Source: Microthyrium microscopicum (Eukaryota). Taken from it: a stretch of DNA of 64,000 nucleotides. How positions within the stretch are numbered: position 1 is the first letter of the stretch; each line of letters begins with the position of its first letter. The notes below the pieces were generated by a model, which did no database searches, was not told the origin of the DNA, and was given only the letters and a program-made list of their open reading frames with translations. Position numbers and translations under genes: made by a program. Below, piece by piece: positions 50,489 through 64,000 of the stretch. Where the stretch lies: NCBI GenBank assembly GCA_010405405.1, contig MU004234.1, positions 2,453,697-2,517,696 on the forward strand, read 5' to 3'.

Positions 50489-53400
50489 GTTGACAAGAGC
50501 TTGGGATCTGTGGGTACCTGCATTAGCAAAGCTGGTTCCATCCACCCACATGGCAACTTACAAGGTTCTGGACTTGTTCGGAGAGTTTCGATTGGCTCAG
50601 CCTTGTTGTTTACTTCAAAAACATTTAACATCCAGCCTTCCCATCAACTCGGACGAACTTGGACCTGTTACTTACTTGAAGATGTTTGTGGTGTTATGCA
50701 ATGTGGTATGGCAAGTACTGGTTGTACTAATTCCACTCGCACAGATCGTTCAAAAGAGAAAGATGTTCGAGGCCAAGAAGTTCAACTGGTGAAAAGATGA
50801 TGGTGATTGATGTCTGGATGATCAAGAAACATCATTTTCCACCGTCCGTTGGCCTCTATTTATGCTCCTCCGGAGAGGATCATACCATTCCACTTTCTCT
50901 GCTCAATTAGACTCTTGTCTTCCCGTCGCGGCCGTCATCAAGTCGACATCCATGCTGGCTTATCGAACCCCACTCACTATTGTCCAACGGAATGTCCAAT
51001 TTTCTCTAGACCGAAGTCTTAGACCGCTTGATCTTCCCGCTCCCGCCTCTTTTTGCAACCCTGGGCCTTGTAAACCTGTCGAGTCTGCATTTCCGTATGA
51101 CATTGACTCGAAACTTACGACTCTTGTGGCTGCCGATTGCATGATGCTTTGCAAAACGATTAAATCCCTCACCGGCACTGCTTTGTTGTCACATTTGTAG
51201 CCTGTCGTTGATACACAAGCGTCTGCGATGATGTTGTTTTGAATCAATCATCCTGGCGGCGGCATGAAGCTATGGCGAGCAGGTGCAGACGGCGACGAAG
51301 TTGTAATCACGTGTCTGGATGACCCCAGATACGCCGGACTATTCGTGGTGGATATGGTGATCGATTGGTCGCAAGTTTCATACCATTGTTTACGCGTAGT
51401 TCGCACACTGGTGGTGAAAGTTCACTTGCCTTCTTCCCGAGGCAACGAACCAGCCTCCGACAAGGATACTGAGGCTCTGCGATACCTTCGAGGAACCTTG
51501 TCCAATAGAACGCGGTCAGACTGTTGTTTATTGAACCGCATCAAGTCTGGCTGTGGACTTTGAAAAAACCTTCGTTACAAGGTCACAGTTATTCGATCAA
51601 CCAAACTCGGGTCACAATGGAGTAGCTGGCCGGGGTTGCATGCCCACGGACTAAGCGATTGACTCCCGTATCAATTCTGATGGTCTGGTCGCCACTGGAT
51701 ACTTTCAACAGGGGGCTGGAAGCCCATTCAATCAGAACCTGCCATTCATACTCGAACTATGAGTGATGGGATCCTTATTCGGCTCACCGCGTCGGATGAT
51801 ACCATCACATCTATTGTCACCTTATCGCGAGTAAATGCATCCCTGGTCTGATCACAGGTTTGGCAGGTCCAACTCGACTTCATTCCAGTCTACATGTGTT
51901 TGTGGGACCGGAACGCCTGGGATGCCATCGGCTCAGCTGATCCCTATCCTCTCCGGTCCACTGCAGAAAGTCGCATGTGGCAGGATAGTCAGTTGTCTAG
52001 CTCCGCATAGGTCAAACCAGCATTCCTTTGGATACATGAGTCCGGATCCAGAGCTAGTTCCTTCACCGGCCAATGCGACTACCCCGAGAAAGGTCTCGAA
52101 GCAGGCTTAGACTTTTTCAAGGCCTTTGAGGTTGAATGACGTGGCAGTCGCCATCTGGCTAGATTTTAAAGCGAATTTGGGACTATCACACTGCCTTGAG
52201 GGCGATCGCATGGCCAAGGATGAGGGACTTGAATAAGTTGAATGACATATACTGACGCTCGTGATAGGTTCTGCCAACATCTCCAGTGCTTTCAGTGGCG
52301 ATTTGCAAGTCTTCATCAAAGATCAGAGTCTTACAGACCAAGGTTCAGCGACGACAGCGCATACTTATCCATCAGATATGACTATTATCATTCTACTGTA
52401 TTACAGTAGCTTTGGGGATTCATGCAGAGTTGTGCTCAAGTCACGTCCGTTTCCCCAGCCCTTCCTATGAGCTTCACTGATGGAAGATCACATCCAAACT
52501 ATACCTCCTGTCCAATGGATCTCGCTCAGCTTCACTTTTGCTGCTGTGAAGAAAAGATGTTAGTCCGCCTTGTACGCGGTCAATGCAAAAGCAGGAGGTT
52601 GGTTTCACGGAAGGGTTTATCTGCATGGGGCTTCGAGGGGTTGCGTCTGCTGGACGAATCGTTGACATGTAATGCACTCACCCATTCGCCCCCAAAAGGG
52701 TCTTCTGCCCAAAGTAGCCGCAAAGTAAATAGACACCTCGTAATGCTAGACTTCAAATATCTCACTGAACCCTCTTTTCGTTGTTTTGCTCGTTTGTTGG
52801 CAGTTTTTACTCTTATTTCGTCGATGGAGCGAGGTTAAAATTAGGCTCGCAAGCTTCTCTGCGAACCACCAGTGGAGTGGTTGCTCAATCATCAGCTGCC
52901 TTGACAGAGCTGCTGTCCAATATTAAGTACGCATCAGCGTACGGTCTCGTGGATGAACGGCTGTGTGGGTGTTGTGTGCGGAACGTCTCACCCTTTTTTT
53001 CTTCTTGCACGATCTATCCAGCCCACCTTTTTTCCCCATGGTTCCACCCGCGGCTAGGCCTGCACTTTTTGCAAGCCAGGATTTCTTTAGACTTTTCCTG
53101 TCTGTCCTTCTCGCTTCGAAACGACATTGCGTTCGTTTACATTACCTGGTGTACTGAGATCTGCCTGGCGGTGACTGGGAGACATGTCAAGCCTATCAAT
53201 GGCGTTGGAGAGCTCTGCTGCTCATTCGTGGTGAGTATTACTGGGCAGGGAGGAAGAGACTTGGGGGAGAGGGGTGTAAAAAGGCAATTTTTTGGCCGCA
53301 GGCGAAGCTGTGACGATGGTTCTGGCGATTATGTGGGCAAGCAACGGGGTGCGGGCCGGTTATGCTGGTGGGTCTTTAGTGCAGATTTTTGGCGAGAGGT

Positions 53401-53606
53401 TTGGTGTCTGTCATTCGGTATACTCTCCATTGTGCGGCAGCGGGTCTTTGATGGCGTGCTAGAGCTGGCATTAGGAGTTGCAGATTGTCAATGTCTTACA
53501 CATGGAAGCTGTCATATCGGAATGCTTGTTCAGTTTCGTTTGTGGGAAGGATTTGAGATGTGTTGCTGGGATTTGGAAGCGAGAACGAGGCGAGCCGACT
53601 CGACTC

Positions 53607-53630
53607 GCTTGCTTGCTTGCTTGCTTACTT
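53607..53630. repeat. (GCTT)5 microsatellite
   Basis: gcttgcttgcttgcttgcttactt read directly. Confidence 0.8.
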
Positions 53631-56600
53631 GGCTCGCGCATGGCTGTATGATGGGCACAAAGGATGACCTGGTCGGATCTCCGGCCAGAGAGCTGTAGCA
53701 CTGTGAGAAGGGCATTGGGGATGGTACTGAGTACTGGTGGCGGCGGACGAAGGCCATGGACGAACAGCATCAGACCTGTTGTGCTGTGCTGTCATGGCTA
53801 TAGATGGGCTGCATGCGGTAGCTTGGGGTGGTCTGTTAGGCTTTGTCTTGGATGACCCACGTATGAGCTGCAACTCCTCGGGAAAGGCGGTCCTACTGGG
53901 TTGCTGGCTAGATACAGATAGAGCTTGCCTGTGAGGAGCTGGGTCTTCTGAGAGAGCTCTTGTTTATGGTATCTAGAGCCATACCTAGAGAGCTAGTTGC
54001 TTTGTTTCAAGCCACAGGAATTGAGTGGTTGATAGAAGTTGAAACATTTTGGAGATGTTTACCACCGTTGAAACAAATCTCATCGAGGGCCCGCATGATA
54101 GCCAGTCGAGCAGAAACCTTTAGAGTAGATTACCGAATGCCCAGCGACTGTTCAAGTGCGGGCGAATGGTACTAGGTGGCCCACGGAGGCCAAAGCCAGC
54201 TGCAACAAGCATGGATGAATACTACTCAGGCAAGTGAAGAGCCGAGCCTGTGCGAGAGAAAAAATCTTGTCTGCAAAAGCAACCGATCATTCTTCACATT
54301 AGCATACCCCTCTTGATGGCAAATGGCCGGCTAGTCTCCGATATGCAGACATTGGCGCCTGGCCAATCCCTCTGATAGTCATTCGCTGGTATGCTTGGCA
54401 TGACTCTACGCAGCCTATAGATGAAGAAATGACTGGCATGCTTTCATATGCTTTCTAGCTGTTCAAGACAGCATGATTCGTTAGCTTATGAAGTTGGCTG
54501 AAGATTAAAACGTCTTTCTATCTTGCCTTGCTGCTGCAGCCGAACCAGGTCCTCTTGGTTCCTTCGTGTATGGTTGGTAGTTAGATCATCCTTATCATGG
54601 ACAGAAAGCAGTGTGATGATTGATATCATCGCCCTATGGCGAGCATTGAATTTGTTGGAGCAGTCGTAAGATCCGTCTGACAATCAGAACCTACCGTGTC
54701 CCCGCTTCTTTGAGCCGACGTTTCCGTTCTTAGCGACTTGCTTCAAAAGAAGCTCGACGAATATCAACGATGCAAGTACCAAACTGCCGGGATTTGGCGG
54801 TCTTGAATCGCCTGGCTTTCTCCCAGCACATGCATGTTCAGACTTTCGCACCAAGCGCTATGTATGAACACCGCAAGCGAGGTGTCATAAGTGTAAATGA
54901 AATCCTACTCGTGACTTTCGAATACTGCTTGTGCATTGCCGTGTAGGACTCTAGGTGAGCTCCGTGCTAGTCCAGATTAGGCTCGTGAGATGCATGTTGA
55001 TATGCGTTGACGGAGAGAGGCATGATCGTTACCAGAACATCCGGGCACATGCCATGCCCTGCATTTCAGCTAGAAGAATCCACCTTTACAAGCCAGAGGC
55101 GAAGAAGCGGTCAGCAGAGAACAAGAAAATGCACGCCAGTCGGAAACTGCATCTCTAGGCCTGACTCGACGTGGACACTGGAGAGGACATGGATCGTTGC
55201 AGTCCAGTCAAACCGATAGCGGAGATTTGTGGGACGAAGCGGGTAGAATTTGAGACGATAGGTTCATGGCAAGGCATTTGGTAGCCCAAAGCGCGGATTA
55301 CAGCTCTCCAAAGATAGGTATGCTGAGCGCTGGCTTTGAGAGAAGGGTCGGGGACATACCATGACAGAGCACTATCAGGTTTTGCTCAGGGACCAATATC
55401 TGTGTGGAAGCCCAGCGAAAGCGATAATCAAGATAATTAGCTCTAATTCCATCCGTTTTTAAATAACAGGGTGCAAGTGCATGTTTTGAAAGCTGAAAGA
55501 CTCAAACTAACAAGTGTGGTTGAGAGAGCCAATTGATCAGGGGTTACGTACAAAGATTGCTTGGGACTTCCTTGCTGCTTAGTTTAGTAAATCTCTGGAA
55601 GACAGTGATTTTATATCGGTAGTCGAAAGACCCTAGAAGCTAAAGCTATATTTGATGCCGCTCTAATGCATGAATGTGTTAGGTACCTCGCTAATCGCAG
55701 CTAAAATCGTAACGTACCTAAAACCCGGGCAAACTTGCCTTTTTAAAAAAAGAAATAACTTCCAAAGTCCTTCATTTTTCGGACATCCCGTCAACCATCA
55801 TAGAGTGACCAACTGATTGTTATAAGGGAGTATTTGGATTCATCACCTGAATGTGTGGAAATTTCCATATGTGAGACAGGGAATTGAGCATCGCAAGCCC
55901 CAGAAGTCACCCGCATTCCTGCCAAGTGAATTCGGTAGAACAAAGCAGATCTTCTCGTCGTCTCGCCCTTCGGCGACATGCTGGAATAAGCAAATGCTTC
56001 CTTGACAAGCACACTCCCCGCTCTTCCGCATAAAATGGATTTCAAGTCTGCTCATAGGCATCACTGCTTCAGTCTCAATACCTCAGTGTCGGTACCGTGA
56101 CCCAGTCATAATGCAGGATACATCCGTGCGCAGGGACTACCCTGCCAAGAACAGAATGTGCATGAAAGTCTTGAGAGAGATTGACAGCATTTTATCTGAT
56201 AAAGGCGATGACTGACGGCTGGAGACACCGAATACTGCCGAAAGCGTAATGAAGTGACGCGGAATATGCTACCCTATGTTGTTTTCACCAATTGTAAGTA
56301 GATTGTAGCCACGAAGGTGGTAATCGATACCATCTAGTGGACTTGGCCTCGATTGTTCGCCTACCCCTAGGAGTGTTGAGGAAGTGTCTCTTCCGCCCAG
56401 GTCGGTATCGCCTGCAGCTGATGGCTATCCAGTAAAGTATGATTGCTCATCAAGCCGGAAACCTCATTTCCAGAGTCCCAGCCCTCCATGAGACAGTCAG
56501 ATTAGACTTAATCCACCTCATGGTCCAAGAACCATATCCTCCCTTCAATCGTAGTCTGCTAGAAACTTTCAAACAGTCCATAAGCCGAGAAATTTGTCCC

Positions 56601-58574
56601 AAATGAGAGAAGGAAGAGTAAACATTCATTACAGGTAGAAGACAGAAGGATGAAGGACAGTTTCGGGCCGCAATTGGTCAGCCTTCCCGAAGTTGGCAAG
56701 TCTTCACAGGCTCAAAAGAAGAGTTGAAGTTGAGAAATGGCGGCGGATCCTCGTGCACGCGCCTCGTGTCTGAACCCAGGCACCTAGCTACCCCTTTAAC
56801 GCGCTGTCACATGGCAATCCTTCTGTAAAGTAATTAAATAGCAAGATCGAACGAGTCATACAAGGAGAAGGTAATTACATATGGCTGACTTAAGTACCCG
56901 GTCCTCACCATATTGGTCTTTCAATACTTGCTAGCTTCGGATCAAAGCCGAGCTCGATACACCATACATAACTTTCTAAGTTAAGACTCAGAACATAAGA
57001 GATTTCTTTCTCTAGCATTGCATTTGAATTATGGAACTACCCTCGAAACATTTGTTGCTATTTTGATGGTATAGAAGCAGAAAACGGTCAGTGACTGCGA
57101 CAGCTGCAGCTGAACTTTTGAGACACTACTCTAGAGTACATGACTTTCCGTCTGTCAGCCTAAGGCGCAAGAGATTGCAGGATGTAAACGAAAAATAAGT
57201 ACCGAATCTTGCTGGGTTGAGGACGACGGTTACAGAAAATCCTCCTGGCAAGTGGATATGCTCACGCAGAATCTCTGAACAATTGGTCCAGTCTTACGCC
57301 GACATGTAGACACCAAATTAATCCTCATACTGGTCTCCCTTTGTACAAAAACTGTCTGCAAGTCATTCTATATCCTCAGTGACGGCCAAATTGCAAGTCT
57401 TTAGTTCATATTCACTACCAAGTCCAACGAATCTATTGCCTTCTGATCCTCTAGCCACCAATTCATATGCGTAATATAAGCTCATAACTGCAGTGGTAGT
57501 AACTATCAACTGCACTCTTTTTAGTCTGCTTTGGCTTTCTACTCATTTGATTATATACTTGAAATATACATTGCTATTTCCGACATCCAAATCAACTCCA
57601 AAACATGATCATTGACCTAATCCACAAATTATGCTAGCAAGCTTTTCTCGGCCTTGTCAGCCAGCCAGCATTAACTACACTCTTTCAAGTCTGCTTTGAC
57701 TTTCGTGTCGCCTGAGCATGTACGTGAATTTTACACTGTCGTTCGACATCAAAACTATAACCATCGACCCATTCCGCAAACTAGGGGGGACGAACTTTGC
57801 TCAGCCTCATCAGCCAACCAGCATCACCAACCCACCTACCATTTTTACCCTCTCAGTTGCAACGCTCTTGCGCGGTTTTATAGGCGAGGTTTCTCCGTGA
57901 AAGATAGCGAGTCACTCGCTGAAGTCAGAGCGCCCCCGGCAAAAAAAAGCGCGCTAGAACGTTGCAACTGAGAGGGTAAAAACGGTACTTACTCACTCAG
58001 ATACAAGCCTACAAGTCCATCCTTCTCACATTACGACCTAACAACTCATCGACCGGCAAAGAACAGCACAAGCGTCTGAAAAGAGACAGTATATCAACTT
58101 TGAATTCAAAAGAGCTGTTTTGCAAGCCCAAAACCTAACAAAACCATCGCTTACTCAAGATGCTTCTATAATCTACCCATCCGCCATGCATTAGATAATA
58201 AAAAGCGTTTAGTGCTAAACGTTACATGCAAAATACAAACAAAGCTGCGTGCTGAGCAGCTACGACTTGGAAGAAGAAAACCACCAAGCAGAAATCGGCT
58301 TTTTGTGCGCGTTGCGTTGTTCCGTAAAGTCCTGGTCATCAGGCGCGAAATGGAAAGCCCCGACTTTTGATATCTGGTTCGACGTCGGGATATGCCTTGG
58401 TAGCAGCAAGAATTGCCTTTGGCGAAGTCGTCTGATGTCTCCTGGTGAGCTCCAAACCGGAGAGCCTGTGGACATGACGGGTGGCCTATAACCAACTTCG
58501 ACCTCTTCATGAGGTCTTGAAACTGTGCACATTTGAGCCAAGGACCTGTAGCTCTATGAGCTCGGAACGCTGAT

Positions 58575-60649
58575 TCATGGTCCCACTATGGCACGAGCAC
58601 CTTCCTTCCCTAATACACCACGTTCGCGAGCTTTAGGACTCCGCTCACGGCCCTTTTTCCTCGAAAGAAATGCGAGCATGCCTGATGGTTTCTTGTCCTC
58701 GAGACCGGTCGTTGGTAATGAATGATGAACAGGATCGAGGCCACCAGCAGTATATGGCGGGTCGTCGTCATCCATGGCGGAAGCATCAGCTAATTGCTGA
58801 GCTCGTTTATTACGAGCAAACCGTCGAGATTTGCTCCCACTGCGTGAATTTGATCGTTGGCGGTTCAGACCCTGTGAGTCAGCATCGAGGATGTAATCTT
58901 GGGGTACGCTTCGAGGAGGTTGATTGGTATGTTGTGGAGATTTATTGGTCAACGGTATTTCCATTATTGGAAGAGGTGGAGAGCCATTTGGTGTTGCTTG
59001 TGTCGAAATTGCTGTGGATTTGGTTCTTTGGGCGCTCAGGTTCGTAGATTGGCCATCATCATGGCCTTGCTGGGATTGCGGTGATGGCATAGAGCTATTA
59101 TTTGAGAATGCATGATCATTCCTAGAGTTGGACTTGACGTCGATTGGAGAGCTAGTCTCGTTAGCTGATCCAGATGCGGCCGATGTGAGAGTCGGGTCCG
59201 TAGTGTCACTAATTCTTTGCTTGTCGAATTGAGCATGAGTATAATCAAAAGGCTCAAAGAGCTTTTCAATCATGCGATGTAGCTCATCGGCTCGTATTTC
59301 GGCCGTGGTGGCATCATCTTTGAGCTGCTCCCGAGGTTTTTGGCGCCTTGCTCTAGCCTCCAGGGGTGCCTCCTCTAACAAAAGCTCCTCCAGATCATAT
59401 GTGGCGTCAAAGTTGGTCTTTTCACTGGAAGGCTTAAAGACAGGCTCGATTTCTTTTCGTAACAGGGCGTCGAAATCGATCGACCGAAAGAAAGGATTAT
59501 CCGTAAATGTGCTAAAGCCCGACGCGCCTATGCGTTGGGTCTTGTCGCGTTCGAGAAAAGAGCTGATAGCGTGTAAACAAGGATTTGATACCGGCGGATT
59601 CGTCATTGGAAATGCTGGATTTGCCTCGCGAATTTTTCTAGCCAGACCTTCATGACTACTCGCATCGAATGGTCGCTGCCAAGAAATTAGCTTTGAGGAA
59701 TTGTTGATGAATCCTGCACCAACCTTATTATAAATGCATTCGTAGAAGCACACGCCCAGCGACCACCAATCTACTTCGCAAGAATAACCTTTCCCGTCGT
59801 ATACTTCAGGAGCGAGATATGCCAAGGTACCCGACTTGCTAGTCAACGGCTTGTTTGGCTTGAAATCAGATGCAACATTCTAAGTGAAGCCGTTAATAAA
59901 AATAGAGCAATGAGCTGACAGGGGTGACGAACAAAATCTGCTAGATGCACGTGGCCATCAGCGTCCAAAAGGATGTTGTCTGGTTTCACATCTCTATGCA
60001 CTATCCCTTGAGTGTGGATATATCTCAAAGCGCAGCCTAGTTCGGCCATCCAAAATCGCACAGCATCTTCTGTAAAGGCTTTGCGAGAAATGTGAAATCG
60101 GAGATCACCTCCTGTCATAAGATCCACAACCAGATATCTGTGGAAGAATCAGTTTCATGCCAAGAAAGCCACTGTGCAAGGTTTGGATCGGAGGTAATCC
60201 ACATACAAATATTCAATGTCCTGGAAACTATATCGTAGATTACACAAAAACGGGTGATTTAGGTGTTCGAGCATTCGGCGTTCCCGAATGATATTTCGCA
60301 CGCTCTCGGATCGCACAACTGTTACACAGCAGTCAGCATGATATTGAATGTGGCATTGAATTCTCGTGGGTTAGGACACGGTCCGAGGTCATGAGAGCCT
60401 GTTTGCTTACCTTCATCTTTGCGAATGTATTTGAGAGCGAATGTACAGGCGGTATCTTTTCGTTCGACGATGCGGACTTTGCCAAAGGCACCCTTGCCAA
60501 CAACTCGTAGCAGGCGAAAATGGTTGAGGTTTACTATGTGTGAAGAAATCCAGTCAGCCTACTCGGCATAATCTTTGATGATATGTTTAAGCAGCGGATA
60601 ACATACCCTGATCGGTAAAAACCACTGGTTTGCCTTGAGAGTTTCCCAT
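58575..60649 (-). CDS. AGC-group Ser/Thr protein kinase, YANK/STK32-like, 6 exons
   Basis: MGNSQGK start, [22 protein letters not shown], spliced DF|N (DFN in place of DFG, typical of YANK), [15 protein letters not shown] and [14 protein letters not shown]. Confidence 0.93.
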
Positions 60650-61339
60650 TGGACGGGGAAGGATCGTCTATCTCATCAACTCGATTGCATGACCGAATTG
60701 ATAGTCGAGTAGAGTATATATTGCGGCAGATGGAGGAGAGACGGAGGATATGGAGACGGCGACGAGATTCCTCGAGGAAGGGTGAAGGAGAAATTGATAT
60801 ATGGAGTTGAGGTGGAGTTGTCGACAATAGGGATCGGAATCAGTGGAGCAAGGAGGGGAGACACGAGGGAATAGATAGAGTGGCAGGCACGTTGCAGGGT
60901 GAAGGAAGGCACGAAGGTGGTAAGGTTATATCGGGCAGGCAAAGTAGAGTGGCAGTGGAAGTCGCAATCGATGTTTAAGACAAGGGTTCATGTACTGTAC
61001 AGCAGGAGCTCTGCAGACGAGACGTAGCGAAGCCCAATTTGGTAGTAGCTTTGCCCATGTAGAGAAGGTTCAAGGGACGGGGGGGAGACATGAGAAAGTG
61101 GAGAGGGGCCTCTATTGCAAGTTCCACGTTGGGCAACACTAGTAAAGTGCACCTTCCGCTACTAAATCGAGACAACCACCCCTTCCTTGTCTAATTTGAG
61201 CCAAGTCTGGGGGGGCATAGAGGGCAATATCAAGCAGTTCACCATGGGCGATGAACAACCACGATAAGAACTTGGGCCAACCTACGGCGCGCAATAAGGA
61301 CCAAAGTACAACAAACCATACCTTATATTGGAATACCAA

Positions 61340-64000
61340 AATACTTAGAATTTGCTTCTTTACCTCCTAAAATAACTACTACTATAATACTAAATCATAA
61401 TATACTTTATACTATTAGACTTATTTTAGTAAAAGCTATCTTTAGAAAATATTTTTAGAATAATTTATTTTTAGTTATATAATAGTATAAATCTTTTTTA
61501 AAAGTAATATTATTACTAAATATTAGGTTATATAATAACGTAAGTTAAATTAAGCATAATATTAGGAAAGAGAAATTATAATATCTATATAAATTAATAT
61601 ACTTACTTATCTAAAGAAGTCTATATATAAAGTTAGTATTTAAAACTACTTTAACTTACTTATATACTTATTACTTTCCTATTAACCTATTTTCTTACTA
61701 ACCTACCTTCTTACTAATCTATTTTCTTATTAACTTATTAATCTACTAACTTACTAATTTACTAACTTACTAATGCTTTATAGGCCTATAACTTGTCCTT
61801 AAGGACGTCTAATAATTAATCTAAGTCTTTATAAATAAGATATTATAGAACTATATAAACTACGTATACTAAACTCTTATATACTAAACTAAGTTAGAGA
61901 AGAGAGCTAACTTAAAATCTCTTTATAAATTCTTAAATCTCATTTAAAAGAGTAGGGCTTATAGAAGAAAAAACGTATTATTATTTTAAGTAAACTAGTA
62001 GAGGAAATTATTAAATACTATTTTAAGGAATATTTAACTAATTAAGAAATACTATAATAGCTTACTTACTAAGGTTTTCTAGATATTATAAAGGTAATAA
62101 TTATAAAGGCTTATTTTTAACTTAGTCTTTATTATAGAGTTAATAACTTTATTAAGTAAGAGAGAATATAAATTCGTCTTTATATATTAATTTACTAAGA
62201 ACTTACTAGAGGAACTACTAAAGATTATAACTACTATTATTTAGTAATTTATCTTCTCTAAGCTAAGATAATAGTTTCTATATATAAGGTTTAAGAAGTA
62301 TACTAATAAGTAGATCTAATAAGTATAGTAAGGTAGAAATAGGTGTTATAGATTAGATAACGAAGAGACAAGTTATATTATAAGCCTACTAAATAGAAAG
62401 GTAACTTAGAGAGAAAGAAGAGTTAAGAGACTCTTTAATTAAGGTGTTTATATATAATAGGGGTAGCCTAAATAAGTATAGCTTTAGGGGGTTTAACCCT
62501 TAATATTACTCCTTCTATCTAAAAAATTCTAGCTAAAATACTAAGTTAATTATAAAATCCTAATCTTATCTAGCTATATCTAATGCTTACTATTCTTATA
62601 GTTTACGATAAAGCTTCTATTTATAATATATAGATCTATGTATTTACTTTTAGGTATAAAATATAAAGCTTAGATTATTAACTATTAGTTCTATACTAGT
62701 ATTTTATCTATTTTAGACTAAATTCTAGGTATAAGGCCTCTTTCTTAGCATATAATATTAGTTCTTTTTAATTATAATTCTATAAAGGTTACTTAATTAG
62801 CAAGTCGTCTTATTTATACTTAGTTAGAGCTCTATTATAATATTAAAGAATAAGATTAGAAGAATATAACTATAGTTAAGTTATTATACTTTTGTCTATA
62901 TATTTAGAGGGTATAAAGTAATATTATTCTATAGAGTTAACTATTCTTCCTTTATTATACTTTAAATAAACTTCTTCTCTTTTAATTAGTCTTTATTAAG
63001 TTTCTTCTTCCTTGCTTAATTAATTAATTAATTAATTAAGTAAGTTATTTATTATAGTGGCTATAGCCTTACTAATTATATAGAGATAGCTACCTTAATT
63101 ATTAACGCTTTTAATAATACTATTAGCTTTAACGGTTATATCCTTATTACTATTACTCCTCCTTATATATATGTTATTAACTATAATACTCCTTAACCTT
63201 ATTTGCCTACTATATATAAGGTAGCTATACGTAAGGCCTACTAAAATAATATAAATAAGAGCCTTTACCTTCTTAACTAAGTCCTACTTTATTACTAAAA
63301 TAATATTATTTATAACCCTTATTTCTATCTACTAACTACTCTCTAATATAAGAAAGTATATATAGTTATTAACTACTATAATCTATAAAACTATACTTTA
63401 TTTAAAATACTTTATATTAATTAGACTATACGTACTTCTTTAGCTTTTCTTAATTTATACTAATATATTTATAGAGTAAGGCCCTTTATACTATAGCTAA
63501 CTATTCTCCTAACTTCTCTAATAAGCGTCTTAACTTATTAAACGCCTCTTCTAAAGAATTTACTAATAATTTATAGCCTAATATTTATAGTATTATAATT
63601 TATTAGAGCTTCCTTAGTATAATTTAGTTAACTAGTAGCTAGGCTAGTTATCTTAAAGCCTTAGGTATTTATTATATAGATATCCTATAATTCCTTACTA
63701 AAAATAAGTAGAATAAGACTTATAAAGAGTAGCGTTATACTTATTATATTAGCTATTCTAATTTAAAGAATTAGCTATAATATATAGGTTGTATTTAGCT
63801 TTTAGGATTTTATAATAATATATATTTAAACTACGTCTATAATAATAATATTAGCTTAGGTAAGAAGTATCCTTATAATAATAAGAAGAAAGTTACTAAG
63901 AAGGATAAGAATTCTTTACTATTAATTATCTACTTTAGTCTTTCTATGCCTTAAAGTACTACTTAAGTTTATCTTCCTTAGTAGTAAGGGTTTATTAAGC
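61340..64000. mobile_element. Second RIP-degraded repeat/transposon block, truncated by window end; family not identified
   Basis: Sharp fall in GC, TpA excess, CpA/TpG near-absent and no intact ORFs. Confidence 0.75.

Noticed and set aside
52781..53698. 305-aa plus-strand ORF
   Set aside because: TTG start, atypical composition, spans a microsatellite and has no motif; probably non-coding.

Overview
Eukaryotic DNA from a filamentous ascomycete (Pezizomycotina). The evidence is short GT/GC-AG introns with CTRAY branch sites, typical fungal gene families and two sharply bounded AT-rich blocks with the CpA/TpG-depleted, TpA-rich signature of repeat-induced point mutation (RIP). The GC-balanced parts carry about 18 gene models: a membrane-protein gene broken by one in-frame TGA, an M35 deuterolysin, a stand-alone membrane-anchored M35-prodomain-like protein next to it, a DUF89/ARMT1-like phosphatase, a cutinase, a GH76 Dfg5/Dcw1 protein, a dienelactone hydrolase, an HD-like hydrolase, an alcohol acetyltransferase, a multi-TM glycoprotein, a long coiled-coil protein, two tandem TM + F-box + Cys-rich paralogues, Ric8, a small Cys-rich protein, a YANK/STK32-type kinase and two weak hypothetical genes. 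The 11-kb AT block (20188-31189) reads as one RIP-inactivated CACTA/CMC (Plavaka-like) DNA transposon, with terminal inverted repeats, two related 51-bp minisatellites and a transposase whose DDE motifs can be read after mentally reversing RIP. A second RIPed element runs off the right end. The best leads are the protease plus prodomain-only head-to-head pair, the 11-kb transposon architecture and the membrane-tethered F-box pair. All gene models and family calls were made by eye, with no database search.
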